Positions 27,065 to 38,258 of a DNA stretch of 64,000 nucleotides are shown here, piece by piece; the stretch's first letter is position 1; every line of letters starts with the position of its first letter. The DNA is from Neoechinorhynchus agilis (taxonomy: Eukaryota > Animalia > Acanthocephala). The notes beneath the pieces are model-generated. The model searched no databases. It worked only from the letters and a program-made list of their open reading frames with translations, and was not told the DNA's origin. Made by a program: the position numbers and the translations under genes. The DNA is taken from NCBI GenBank assembly GCA_051530055.1, contig CM121342.1, positions 13,903,480-13,967,479 of the forward strand, in the 5' to 3' direction.

Positions 27065-30000
27065 TCCCCTGTTTCTGCTGCAAGTCGTCTTCCGAGTTCG
27101 GCACAAAAGCTTCGTGCCGAAGATCCCAGCGCCCCTTGTGTCTCCACGCCGAAAGGAAGGAAAATGTAATTTTGTTTCAGCTCATTGTATTTCTCCGCTT
27201 TCCTCCTTTCGGCGGCACTCGCTGCTCCTCCTGTCTCCGCTAAAGCATCTTGCCGGTTGGACATGGCGAGTGAGTCCACGCATGTTGCGTCCCAAATTAG
27301 ACTCTTCCCTTCTTTCCAAGGGAAAACGGTCATACCGAAGGTGATTGGGCTCCAGGATGGTTGGAACGTGGATCGAGTTCAGAGCTCTGCGTGCCTTGGG
27401 AAACGACCGCTCGATCTCTTGCAGTAGAGTCCATGTCTCCCAAGCACGTCAACTTTTATTCCACATCGGCACTGGTGTGGGGCACAGGTTTGAAGTCCTA
27501 AACGTAGAGCGACGGCTATTCGAACTGTCTCGTCGTCCAGCAAAGTTCCCAAAGTACCAATTGGCAAAACGTTCAACCATGCGCCTGACTCCTTCGAGGA
27601 ACTGGCCACAAGTCTAGCTTGAGACATCTCGTCCATCTTGCCTTTTAGTTTGTTGTGAGCCGTCAGGATTAAGGGTTTATCCCAAGCAGATTGTTCGTGC
27701 GCGTTGGTTGGAGCTTGTTGCAGACCGGTCTGCGAGAGCCATGATGTGACTCCCTGTTTCAATAGTTTGCATGGCTTCGGCATTCTGTTTAAAAGAATTT
27801 CCCCCTGTAATTCCTCCGTCTTGTGCACCGAGGATACGAATGCCGGAAGGGCCAAACCAGCCACACTTCGTAAGCCTAAACCTCCGTATTTGATCGGAAG
27901 GGCAGCTTGTTGCCAAGCTTCATCAGTGATGGCGCAGTTCGTTACCTTCTCAAGATGCTTTTTCATCAAACCATCTAAGTCAAGGAGACGTTTGGTGTGT
28001 CGGAAGTACGGGGCTGCTCTCATCTTGAACATAAGCCTCGGTATGTATAGGCAGTTTCTCACCAAGAAGAGAGCTTCGTGTGCATTCAATTCTTGAACGC
28101 GGGAGCACAAAAGATCCAGTTTAGGGAGCTCTTCTTCAATCTCGCGATCTATGTTCGCATCCAGGACGCAACTGCCGAGAAGAGTGAAGCTTTGCCGGTT
28201 GATTAATCGGATTCCTGGGGCAACGGATTCGAAGGACTGCATTATATCCGCCATGTGAGAATGTGAAATATTTAGTGGCAATAGTTCACACTTCGCGGGG
28301 TTGACACGTAGGCCCAATTCCGCAGCAGAAACAAGCAGGGATTGCAGGTCTTCTAGAACCGTCTTTGGGTCACCGCCCAATGTCGCGTCATCCAAGTACC
28401 AGACGTTCAAACTTACCTTGAGCTTACGAGATATTCCATTGGTTGTTAAGGAAAATCCTATGGGGCCGAGAGGATCGCCTTGTTGCAGGCCTGTTTCGGA
28501 CCAAATGGTGTGCTCGTTGAAATGTAGAGGTGTCTTAGAACCATACGCCTTCACAAAGTATTCATAGGCTTCAGGTAATTCTCGAGCAATGGTAATTAGC
28601 AAGGCTGTTCGATCGACTGTATTAAAGGCGTTCGAAAAATCGACTTTTAGGACAACCGTTGGGGTGGCAGAGGCGTCGATATAGGTACGTGTGGAGTGCA
28701 CTATCGCTTCCGCTCCGCATGGAGTACAGCAGCCCAACTGAAAAGGTCTGAGTTGCCCACCTACACTTTCGCTCAGTCGCTTACACAAAATCTTCCCTGC
28801 CAAACGTCTTAGAGTGCAGCCCACAGCTATCGGACGAATATCTCCGTTTGATTTGGAAAGGGCGCAAAGAGATGCCGAGAATAGAAAATTCGTTGCTTCA
28901 AGTGGGAGAGGTCCATTTATGATTTCATCGACCACATTAACGAGTTCGGTTTCGAGCTTCATTCCCATCACTCCCGTTCCAAATCCCAACATATCCTTGA
29001 TGTGTTGGGGTCGAAGTCCGTCGGGTCCATGTCCCGACCCATTGGGGAACGAGGATACAGCACATCTAAGTTCCTCCCGCGTGCACCTCGTCGATTGACG
29101 CGACTTTTCCGGTATCGGGGGCAAAATCGGTGGCAAAGCTGAAGGATGCTTACTTCTCAACGCCTCCAGTGTCGAGCGGTCGTTGTCCGCAAACGTAGCT
29201 GTGGAACTGAGTAACCTGACCGCTCCACGGACATCTGCGTCTGCCAATTTGGCAGAAATCCTATTACTCAAATTATAAGGACGGCCGAAGGGTCCTTCTG
29301 GACGTTTCTTGGTAAAGTTTGATTATTGTAACTTTTCGTCACAGCCTCCTCAAAAAGTCGATCAAAATTGGTTATCCGCTGCTTGATGGTGGTTGTGAGG
29401 TTGGACTCGGGGTCACGGCTAGTACTCAGAACCAATTTTGGAAAGGCGAATAAACGTGAATAGTTTGTATTCGTCGGTTCAGATAGGCAGTTTGCCAGCA
29501 GCTTCGAGAACATTTCACAGCAGCTGTTCCTGGCTCCTTTTGGAATCCTCTTCAAGACCGTTTTTGGAAGATATTGTAAGAGGCGCTTCATCACATTTTG
29601 AGTTTCGTGACCGTCGATGATAAAAGGTTTGTCCAACACTGGTGGAAGGGAAGATCTAGGGCATCGAGATCGTACCGGGCCATGTTTTCGAATGAGCCCA
29701 CTTATCGTCACGCCTATGACGTGATCGCATACAGTACAGCGAGCCGAAATCGAAAGCGAAGTGGGCGGAGGGAAGAGATCTGCCTCCGTTTGGCATGAGC
29801 GGGCTTATTTTGTAGTTGATCTTAAGATTGCTGAACTCCGATTTTTGTAAATATTGCTTGTAAGTTTTTAAAAACGATTCAGTTGTTTGCAAGAATGAGC
29901 TGAAACAAAATTACATTTTCCTTCCTTTCGGCGTGGAGACACAAGGGGCGCTGGGATCTTCGGCACGAAGCTTTTGTGCCGAACTCGGAAGACGACTTGC

Positions 30001-30133
30001 AGCAGAAACAGGGGAGCGACGCGAGAGGATTTTCCTGATACAAAGAATAAGCCTCGCAATCCAACGAGGAAATGCGGTCAGCGTCCGGGGGACGATTTTA
30101 TCATTTTAAAATAAATTGTAGAACATGAAAAAA
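27065..30133. mobile_element. CRE-like non-LTR retrotransposon (RT plus restriction-like endonuclease), 5'-inverted insertion with TSD
   Basis: The body is on the minus strand (27065-29893). The true 3' end is on the plus strand (29894-30133: ...QRISLAIQRGNAVSVRGTILSF*, AATAAA, A8). Flanked by direct repeat AATTAAAAGAAATT at 27052-27065 and 30134-30147. Confidence 0.92.
27379..29271 (-). pseudogene. Reverse transcriptase ORF (630 aa) of the CRE-like element
   Basis: Motifs RPIAVG, KVDFSNAFN, GLQQGDPLGP, WYLDD, GGLGL and a CCHC-like CRCG...HGLYC. Frameshifted from the upstream ORF (29268-29711, KRIPKGAR) and from the downstream RLE, which lacks the RPDG block. Confidence 0.9.
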
Positions 30134-30379
30134 AATTAAAAGAAATTTGAACTTCACCAAGCCCAATTGTTTATAAATATGGCACAATCTATCTCTGAAA
30201 GCGAACACTCGGTCTTTGTTGATTCAAAGTGAAAAAGCCAAATTCGAGAGAGGGGTTATCTTAACATAGAGCAGGTCAATTTATTATTTTTTATTCGAGT
30301 AAACAAAACAAATACGAATTGTATTTTGAATAAACAATAAAAACATAAAACAAAACATGAAAGGCAAAAAGGGTGCCGT

Positions 30380-31095
30380 TTATCCTTTGAGTCGGTCGCG
30401 AATAACCGCAAACGATAGAGCCATTGATCGCCTCGTTGAACTAATTTGCTTGGTTGATTTCCTTCTTGAGCTGATTATCCGCCGAGTCGATTTTCGAGTG
30501 GTACGCTGCCTTTTTAAAAGTTGGCTCACTACCAGATCGAGATGATTGCTCGTATGAGTGCCGAGCTTAAAGAAAACGAGTTTCAAAAAAGAAGGGTATT
30601 AGGAAACACGCTTTCTACACCAAAAGACTCTCCTAGTTTTCGCTTTATTTTCTTCGTCAGTCGCCGAGCCATTTTCTCACACTGATCGTCCATTCGTCGC
30701 GATATCTCTGGATTCTGCGATGGAGGACTCAATACTCTGGTCATCGTCGTGGTCAACTCGACCATGCATTCGTTCATAAGGCTAGTTATTGATTTTGCAT
30801 GATCTTGAAGTTCTTTTATGACGTCACGTCTTAAATTCTCACACTGCTGGCTCAGTAGCAGTTGATTGGTCGGTGGAGACGAACTAATGACAGGTTGCGT
30901 AGGTACGTCCGTATTTCTATCTTCGGACGGAAAATCCAAGTTGAACTTTTCAAACGGCCTCGGTTGGCTGTTACTGGTGCTTGAATCCGGAAACCGATTT
31001 TGACAATCGGGTTTTAAAGGCTGACTGAACGTTTGTTGTTGTCGAGCTGCTAAAGCCTTTTGCGCCCACGTCGATCCACATTGTTTGTTAAGCAT
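30380..31095 (-). CDS. Unknown protein with a Ser/Pro/Gln-rich N-terminus, predicted helical middle and basic C-terminus; probably 2 exons
   Basis: Long open frame 31143-30583 with ATG at 31095, and a second frame 30586-30380. They are joinable by a 53-nt GT-AG intron (GTAGAA...CCTAAT...TTTAAG). No family recognised. Confidence 0.45.
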
Positions 31096-31404
31096 TATAC
31101 TACCAATACAAAAACATGCGAAAATAAACACAATAATAATCAAACTAAAATTTGATATACAACATGGAAGAATCGCAGAAATGTCGTCACTGTACGCACA
31201 GTGACGTCATTATTGCCAAATCATCAAATGTGGGCTCATTCAAAGTCCGTCTCAGGGATCTTTTTCATTCTTAAAAGTTTTAGGAGAAGGCTGTTAAGTT
31301 TCTTTTGACCGTTTATCGAGGCAATCAACAATGGTGATGCAGAACGGTGTCGGCATCATTTAGAGTTAAACATTTACTTTTTTTTATTAAAGCTTTGAGT
31401 AAAA

Positions 31405-34400
31405 CTACTTGACAAGTCTACCTTTACGCTTCGACTTTATCTGCAAAACCTCATCGTCCTCGTCGTCGCTCCACTTGTCACCACTTTCGTTCCGTGTCTT
31501 TTCTTGTTCCCTTTCATCCTCGATCACAAATCTGCCCTTTGAATCAATTTTAAAAGCTTTATCAACTTCATCATTGTCCGAAGAATTGTTCTTAATACAG
31601 AGGCCACCGAGAACTCTAGTGGTGTCCTCTAAATCCAACACGAAATCATCGTCCGTAGCAATCATCACGGTATCGTCCTTCTTTTTCTTTTCTTTGACTT
31701 TAACACTGCAAGCTCGCTTGACCGGTCGATTTCGTCGGTTTTCTCTTTTAGCCATATTGATCAATATTTTATGGAACTGAACAGGCGGCAGAATACCGGA
31801 CGTCTCCAGCACAACGTGACCAAGTTTTCTTACTAATGAACGTAAAAGACGACTCCAAACACCGGAGCCACATGGAACGGGTTGTTTTTCCTTCTTAGAA
31901 TCGGCAATCAATTGAAGAACAGGTTTTATGTGACTCAGAAGTTCAAGTTCGTTCATTGAGTTCACAATTTGTTGAATGAGACTAAATCCACTTTTGACGT
32001 ACGATCTATGACTGCCTGGTCGAATGCTATTCACAATGTCTAAAAGAGTTTTGGACAAAACGTCGGTTCCATTCAAACATTGCGTTCTTCCTAAAAGAGT
32101 TTCCGACAATGCATCACACGCTGAACATCGAGCTCGAATGTCGAGATTCTCGTCAACTATAAACTCTTTCAATTTCTGACAAACGGACACAATCACCGAT
32201 GAAGTCTCGCTCGTTTCACACAGCTTCTGTAATACAGCCCTAAAGAGTCTCTTCGCAGTCCGACGGCATCGAGCATTATTGGCACGAAGTGAAGAAACCG
32301 ATTCGAAAAATAGTCTATTGATCAATTGAGCATCCATAATTTCCAATTCTAAAAGCCCTTCAAAACAGGATAGTTTGGATTGCGTCCAACACCCTTCCTC
32401 AGTGACCGACATGAGCATCTCGGTTATCTGGTGACAATTGGTGTCGACAAAATTAAAACACGATTCAGAATTGATCATCGTATCGAGTATTTTGCGAAAC
32501 TTAATCTCGATCAATGTGAGGGTTTCGTGTGAAAAAATAACGGAAAATACTAAACTTTGATTAAAGATTTCGGCAAAAAGTTCAGTACAGAATTTAGTTA
32601 TATATACCGTAAAAATCCTTACTGGGAACCAATGGACCAATCAAAAATGACTTAATTCAAAATCGAGATTCGGTTTCTTAAATACCTTTTTCCGGCAACC
32701 GATTTGCTTCTTACATAATTCTAGAACAACATTTAACCTGCTTTCACCGAGAAATGGCGTCAGAGCTCTAAGAATGAGCATTACCGACTGGTTCCTGACC
32801 TGCCCGACAGGCGACGGACACTCGATTTCCTTCAAACATTGTTCAAAATAATCGACGATTGTGCGCTGATCGACAAATTCTAAGTACTTTATAACGACCT
32901 TGAGAACGTTGTTCGGATTTAGTTTGCTAACTGGTGATGTGATGATATTGAGAAGCACCGGTACGAATGCCTGGGTTGATGAACGAACTATTTCAGCCAG
33001 TTGACTGTCGGTTTCAGCCGAAACGAGTAGGTTCGAGATTGAAGCAAACCCAAGCTTCTGGTATAGGACGTCGGGTTCACAAAGTAGTTTCAATAGAGTT
33101 TTATGAATCTTTGGAAAGTTTTGACTTCCATCCGCTGGACGTAGGCAACATCGTGGCAGGCAGCTGCACACAGACAATTTAAGCTGTTCATTTTGAGGCT
33201 GCTTAACGTGTAAGGGTACAAGGGTATCGATAAAGAATTCTAAATTTCCAGGCAATAGACTTTCAGCGATTATTTGTAGAAGATGAAGATCGGTTTCATC
33301 ATTAGTGATAAGGATTTGAGTGAGCATTGTAGGATCGAATTTGGAGTAGAGAGTACCTACCAGTAAACCCAATACTTTCTTCAATTCGAGATTGTCTTGC
33401 TGAGACTTGAAAGCGACTGTCTTTAAAGACCGGATTTTTTGAAGAAGTTTATCGATGTTTGTGTTGCAATTAGTCCATTGAATAACTACTCGAATATGTC
33501 TTAAAAGGCTTGGAATCGTTTTATGATATTCAAGGACACGTCGACCGATTGCCGTAATTAGTTCATTAATGACTCGTTCAAACGCCTTCAATTCGATCGG
33601 AATAAGAGCTTCATTAACTTGCTGGTGACCATATTGTCGAAAAAGACCGTCAAGCAGCACTAAAGTCATGAAATTATTGGTTTGAATCAATCGAGTAGCG
33701 TTGTGGATGTGTCGACTGATGTGAAACAAAAACATTTTTGTATCTACTCGGATCAGAGATCGAAGAAGTTCATTGCTCACTATGAAGAGATTGAAATTTA
33801 CGCTCGTTTTTATATCGTCTTCGTCGCTTCCACATTCATAAATCTGGTTCAACCATCGGCATAATTCATTGGATTTCATCGATCCGGTGTTTCTCAAGAT
33901 GATCGCAATTGTCTGAGAAGACGCTCTTTGATATGAGCAATCGCCAATCCGCATCAATCTCAAAATGTGTTCGATAATATTGGCGGTAGTCGCGGTTTCA
34001 TTGGGTTCAAGATCGAGTGAATGGGCGAATATACATCGGAGGAGGTCGAGTGCAGACGTGGATTCAGACGGATGAAGTTGCAAATTGCTTGATTTAATGG
34101 ATGTTAGGCAATAATCCAGAACGGGGTACAGAATTTCCCTTTGTTTTCTTATCATTGAATTCATACATTTTCGAGAAAGATGCCGGATTTGTGATTTGGA
34201 CGATGTAGTGAATGGAATGAGAGCAGTACCGAGAAGCACTTCATAATCTACGCTGTGTACAGTGAGACGTCTCAGACACTTAAATATCGGTGCAATCATT
34301 GCTGGGGAAATGCATGTATCACAGAGAAGTCCAACGAAAGTGTCACCTAATTTAAATTGGTTATTAATCTCATCAACAACAGCGTCAGAGATTTTCTGGA

Positions 34401-35040
34401 AACAAAGACTTTCACCAAGCGGTCTTCCAAGAAATTTGATCGCCCCTCCGAATAACAAGACCTCTTGATTTAAGAGATAAATAATTGCGTGTACATGGTG
34501 TTCTCGGTTCACTTTGGGCTCTTCTTTATTGCTTAAAGCATTCATGAGCATAGTGCAGAATATTAATGAGTACTCAGTGTTACACTCACTTAAACCTTTC
34601 GCTTTCAGAACATCAGTAGCAGTAGAAAGTACGGCTATAATCTCGGGATTATCCGCTGTCACTGTTTTAAGGTCACTTCCGGTTACAATAGAAGCGAAAG
34701 TCGAGTTGGTACACTGAGTGAACGCCGATATCCATGATTTGTAAGTAGATACAGTTTCGCTGTTGCTTAAGCCGTTAGCTGACGTTAGCCAAGAGTCAGC
34801 TGTTGAATTGGTCGAAACGGACGAACCAACAGATCCGTGTTCATCATCAAATGACTGCTCACTGTTCAAAGTATTCGTAAAAAACTGACCCTCTTCGGTG
34901 AGAAAAATGCTTCGGTGGTCTCTGAAGGAGTTCACCATTTCCCTATACTTCCGATTCGTTGGATTCGACTGACAAGCATCACCACGCCTCCAGTGCTTCC
35001 GATTGGCTTTGCAACGAATTCTAACGCGATTTCGTGGCAT
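31405..35040 (-). CDS. RRP12: RRP12-like ribosome biogenesis protein; 2 exons, intron at about 32500-32680
   Basis: N-terminal KHWRRGD..SNP..RKYR motif, long helical-repeat body, C-terminal GRFVIED and acidic/basic tail. The two ORFs are in the same frame, separated by one stop inside the presumed intron. Confidence 0.8.
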
Positions 35041-35739
35041 CTAAAGACTTTTGGAAGAGGACGAGGACCGATTCGAGTTTAAAGACACTAAGAATGCGCT
35101 TCTTTCGTCTTCTGGGAAATGCGACTACGGTGAAGGGAATACAGTGAAATTTAAAGTTCGAAAAATCGGTAACTGGAGAGCTATGGATTCTCTCTCAGCT
35201 TTTAGTTGTAGGCGAGAATCATACCGCGTCCATTTGTATTTAGCAATAAGATTTTAACTCACTGCATCCGTCCTTTCGACCATATGAAACGGGAAGGTAG
35301 CTTACCGATCCAGACCGATGCCGTGAATGTTTTTCGAACTGTTTTTGTTGAAAAATAAACGTTAAAATCGAAAATATAGCGATTTTTGAAAAGTGAATTA
35401 TATTTCTACAATCACTGCTTAGGTTACTCCACGATGGCATCTCATCAGAATACACATTTCCAGTCTACGAACTAATTTGAAAATAACAGTTTGTTATTGC
35501 GCATGTTATTTTTACAATTAGTTCCCACTAATCAATATCAAAAATTCCTAAAAGGTTCACCCAATCGGGACATTTGAAACAGATCAATATTTTAGACCGG
35601 CTCAAACATCCACTCAAATGAACAAAAAATGAACGGAAATTAGTAAGTGTGAATCATTCTGAATGTAAATTAAAATAATACTTGTCTTGCTAGTCGGTTA
35701 CAAATATTCTAAGTTTAATATATATTTGCCATTGTTAAA

Positions 35740-35904
35740 TTGGTATTTGACGTAATTAAAGAATTATAGATTAATTTAATTAATTTTCGGCCTGAGCGTG
35801 GGCCTTAGTTGAAAAAACTTGCAAACAATATCTGAAGAAGGTCCACGCTCAGGCCGAAAATTAATTAAATTAATCTATAATTCTTTAATTACGCCAAATA
35901 CCAA
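35740..35904. repeat. About 67-bp-arm inverted repeat, probable Penelope-like pseudo-LTR end with a hammerhead-like core
   Basis: Arms at 35740-35806 and 35838-35904 with 2 mismatches. The right arm reads CTGAAGA-AGGTC-CACGCTCA-GGCC-GAAA-AT-TA. Direct repeat AAATATTCTAAGT at 35702-35714 and 35904-35916. Confidence 0.75.
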
Positions 35905-35989
35905 AATATTCTAAGTATTCATCGACCGAGAAAATCCTTCGGGTTAGTCAAAGTATAATTTTGGTGATTTGATTTATTGGAGATATTTC

Positions 35990-36618
35990 AAAAGAGGTAA
36001 CCTAGCCCCGCTGACATCCGTGGGTACTCTCCTCTTCGACGAGGCAGTACGGGTAGGATTTTCAATAAAACTAGGACTACCGATGTGTCATCCCGACCGT
36101 TGCCGCTGCAGTGCAAATGTGGATTCGTCGGGACTTCATGGTCTCATCTGTAGAAAATCAGCCGGCAGATTCGCAAGACATGCCGAAAGCCGGGCACTTG
36201 TTATGCGGTACATGCCCCCAATATTTTGGAACCTGCCAACCTCTGTAGGGACGACGGGCGTAGACCTGATGGGGTCTGGGAAGCCACGTGTGTCGATACA
36301 CTCGCAGCCAGCAATCTCAAGTTCTCGGTGGTTCAAGCTGGAGGTGCAGTGAGCGCTTCGAAAGGTCGGAAAACTGCGAAATACCTCGATTTAGCCAATG
36401 TGTTTATGCCGTTTGGGGTTGAGATCTACGGATTTCTCGGTAGCGAGGCTCTTCAACTCCTGAGGGATTTGAAGCGACGCCTTCAGGTTATAATCGGTGA
36501 TGCAAGGTCAGGTCAATACCTGGTTCAAAATATCAGCATCGCCGTGTTGAGAGGCAATACTGCAAGCATTCGGGCGACAATTGAGGACGAGGGCGGCTAT
36601 GCATTTTTGCCGGTTTAA
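35990..36618 (+). pseudogene. 3' fragment of a CRE-like retrotransposon (zinc knuckle plus RLE)
   Basis: CRCSANVDSSGLHGLICRK, RDDGRRPDG, WEATCVDT, PFGVE and QNISIAVLRGN, with internal deletions and frameshifts. Confidence 0.85.
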
Positions 36619-37974
36619 GTTTTCCTCCAAGATTTTGATAAATAAGTTAACAAATTATCCAACTTTGAGAATAATAAATTACGTAAAATATGCTATTACC
36701 GGGAGTATTTTCACCAAAATTATAATTCTAAGTATTGAGGTGAACATCCCTTACATGGTTGATTATTTTCTTTGGGAACACAGCCCACCGATCTGGGTCA
36801 AGGAAGCGCATAAAATCACTTTACACCCCGGACAACACGGTAATGAGTTTTGTACATCCTCCAGATTGTTAGATACTTCCCTAGGAGGCGAGACTCGTCA
36901 GTGAGTTTCCTCCCTTCGACGAGGTATTTCGTCAAGGAAAATTATCAGCCGTGTAAGTTATGCCCACAATAAACAAAAAATAAAATAATACTGTTAACCC
37001 TTTTCCATACTGAAGCACTTCTTTAAATTCTATCCTTTTTAGGCCTTGATAGTCCACAAAACTGATAACTTACTCAATTCCGAAAATAAACTTTAACGTG
37101 GGATTTTTTCACTGCGTTGTAAACTCACTGTTCACACCATCGTTTATGTTGCGAACCAACGTCGTACGCGCAATAATACGATTATTATGAGTACATTGAA
37201 TATTCCAGATAATTTTCGAGAGTACATTTTAGAGGGTAAGAAACTCGTTGCGAGCAAGGATATTGTTTAAAAAATCTATCAAATATTAGGGTGATGATTG
37301 CTTTTGAAATAAAAGGTGATATGTTCAATTTTAACTTTACTTCGCTCTCTGTACCGCGCTTCTTTCCAAATCGTGGTCTTTACATTGCCACCGGCTCCAG
37401 AGTTTCGCAAAATAATGCGAGACTCGAGCGTTTTGTGCCATGCGGGAATACTCATAAATCATAGATATGATTCTGTCGACACAAATTGCTTTTTGTTTTT
37501 TCTATATTCATTAGGTTTGCTTTCATGTTTACCTCCATGCACACGTGATTTTAATCTTAGTTCATTAGAAAGTTCACTTTGATTGCTCAAATTGATTCGG
37601 CTCGGGCGATGGATTCGTCCTTACTTATTTTTTATTTAAAATAAATCACATACTTATAAATTACTTATGTCTAAAAACTAATTGCGATTTAAATATAGTT
37701 AAGAACTAGCTAACGCTCTTTTTTATGTAATTCGACGAAATATTAAATTTATTCGATATCCTATATTTTTCTCGATAATCTTTATTTTACTGCGTATATC
37801 GCGAGCAAAGCTTAGACGCTAATTATTAAGCTGTTTAAATTGAAAACAATGCGACATTGCAATTAATCGTGTTTTGACTTGTACGAAAAAAATTGGTTGA
37901 ATAAAATTAGGTTGAAAATATCATTTATTAGTCGTGCTAATAACAATTTTATGTTGTTTTCATTGTTGATAAAT

Positions 37975-38165
37975 TTATTCGCCGATAGGAAAACAAATGA
38001 AATTAAGAATTTATTGATTTGATATTTCGATCCACTATCTCGGATCTTCTTCAGCGATTGCGAATAAAACACTTTAACAATCACTGAAGAAGATCCGAGA
38101 TAGTGGATCGAAATATCAAATCAATAAATTCTTAATTTCATTTATTTTCTCCTATCGACGAATAA
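37975..38165. repeat. About 85-bp-arm near-perfect inverted repeat with a hammerhead-like core, upstream of REV3L
   Basis: Arms at 37975-38060 and 38078-38165 with a 17-nt loop; imperfect pairing extends to about 37945/38195. Contains CTGAAGA-AGATCC-GAGATAGT-GGATC-GAAA-TA-TC. Confidence 0.85.
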
Positions 38166-38258
38166 CAATGAATTATCTTTTCAACATAAATTTATTCTTT
38201 GTCCAATACACCAACGATCGTATAAAGTAAATAGAAAAATGTGGGTTGATTGCTTTAG

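Noticed and set aside
27052-27065. CRE target site resembles the satellite motif AATTAAAGAAAAATT, hinting at satellite or SL targeting
   Set aside because: The match is low-complexity and imperfect, and there is no CRE insertion inside the array in this window.
30568-30644. Non-canonical AG/TA intron in the unknown gene
   Set aside because: The inverted repeat is weak (8/11). A 53-nt GT-AG intron with a branch site and pyrimidine tract fits better, and there is no homolog to arbitrate.
32638-32643. UGA readthrough or selenocysteine in RRP12
   Set aside because: The surrounding 60 codons are T-rich and not homologous. Removing them as an intron restores the expected motif.
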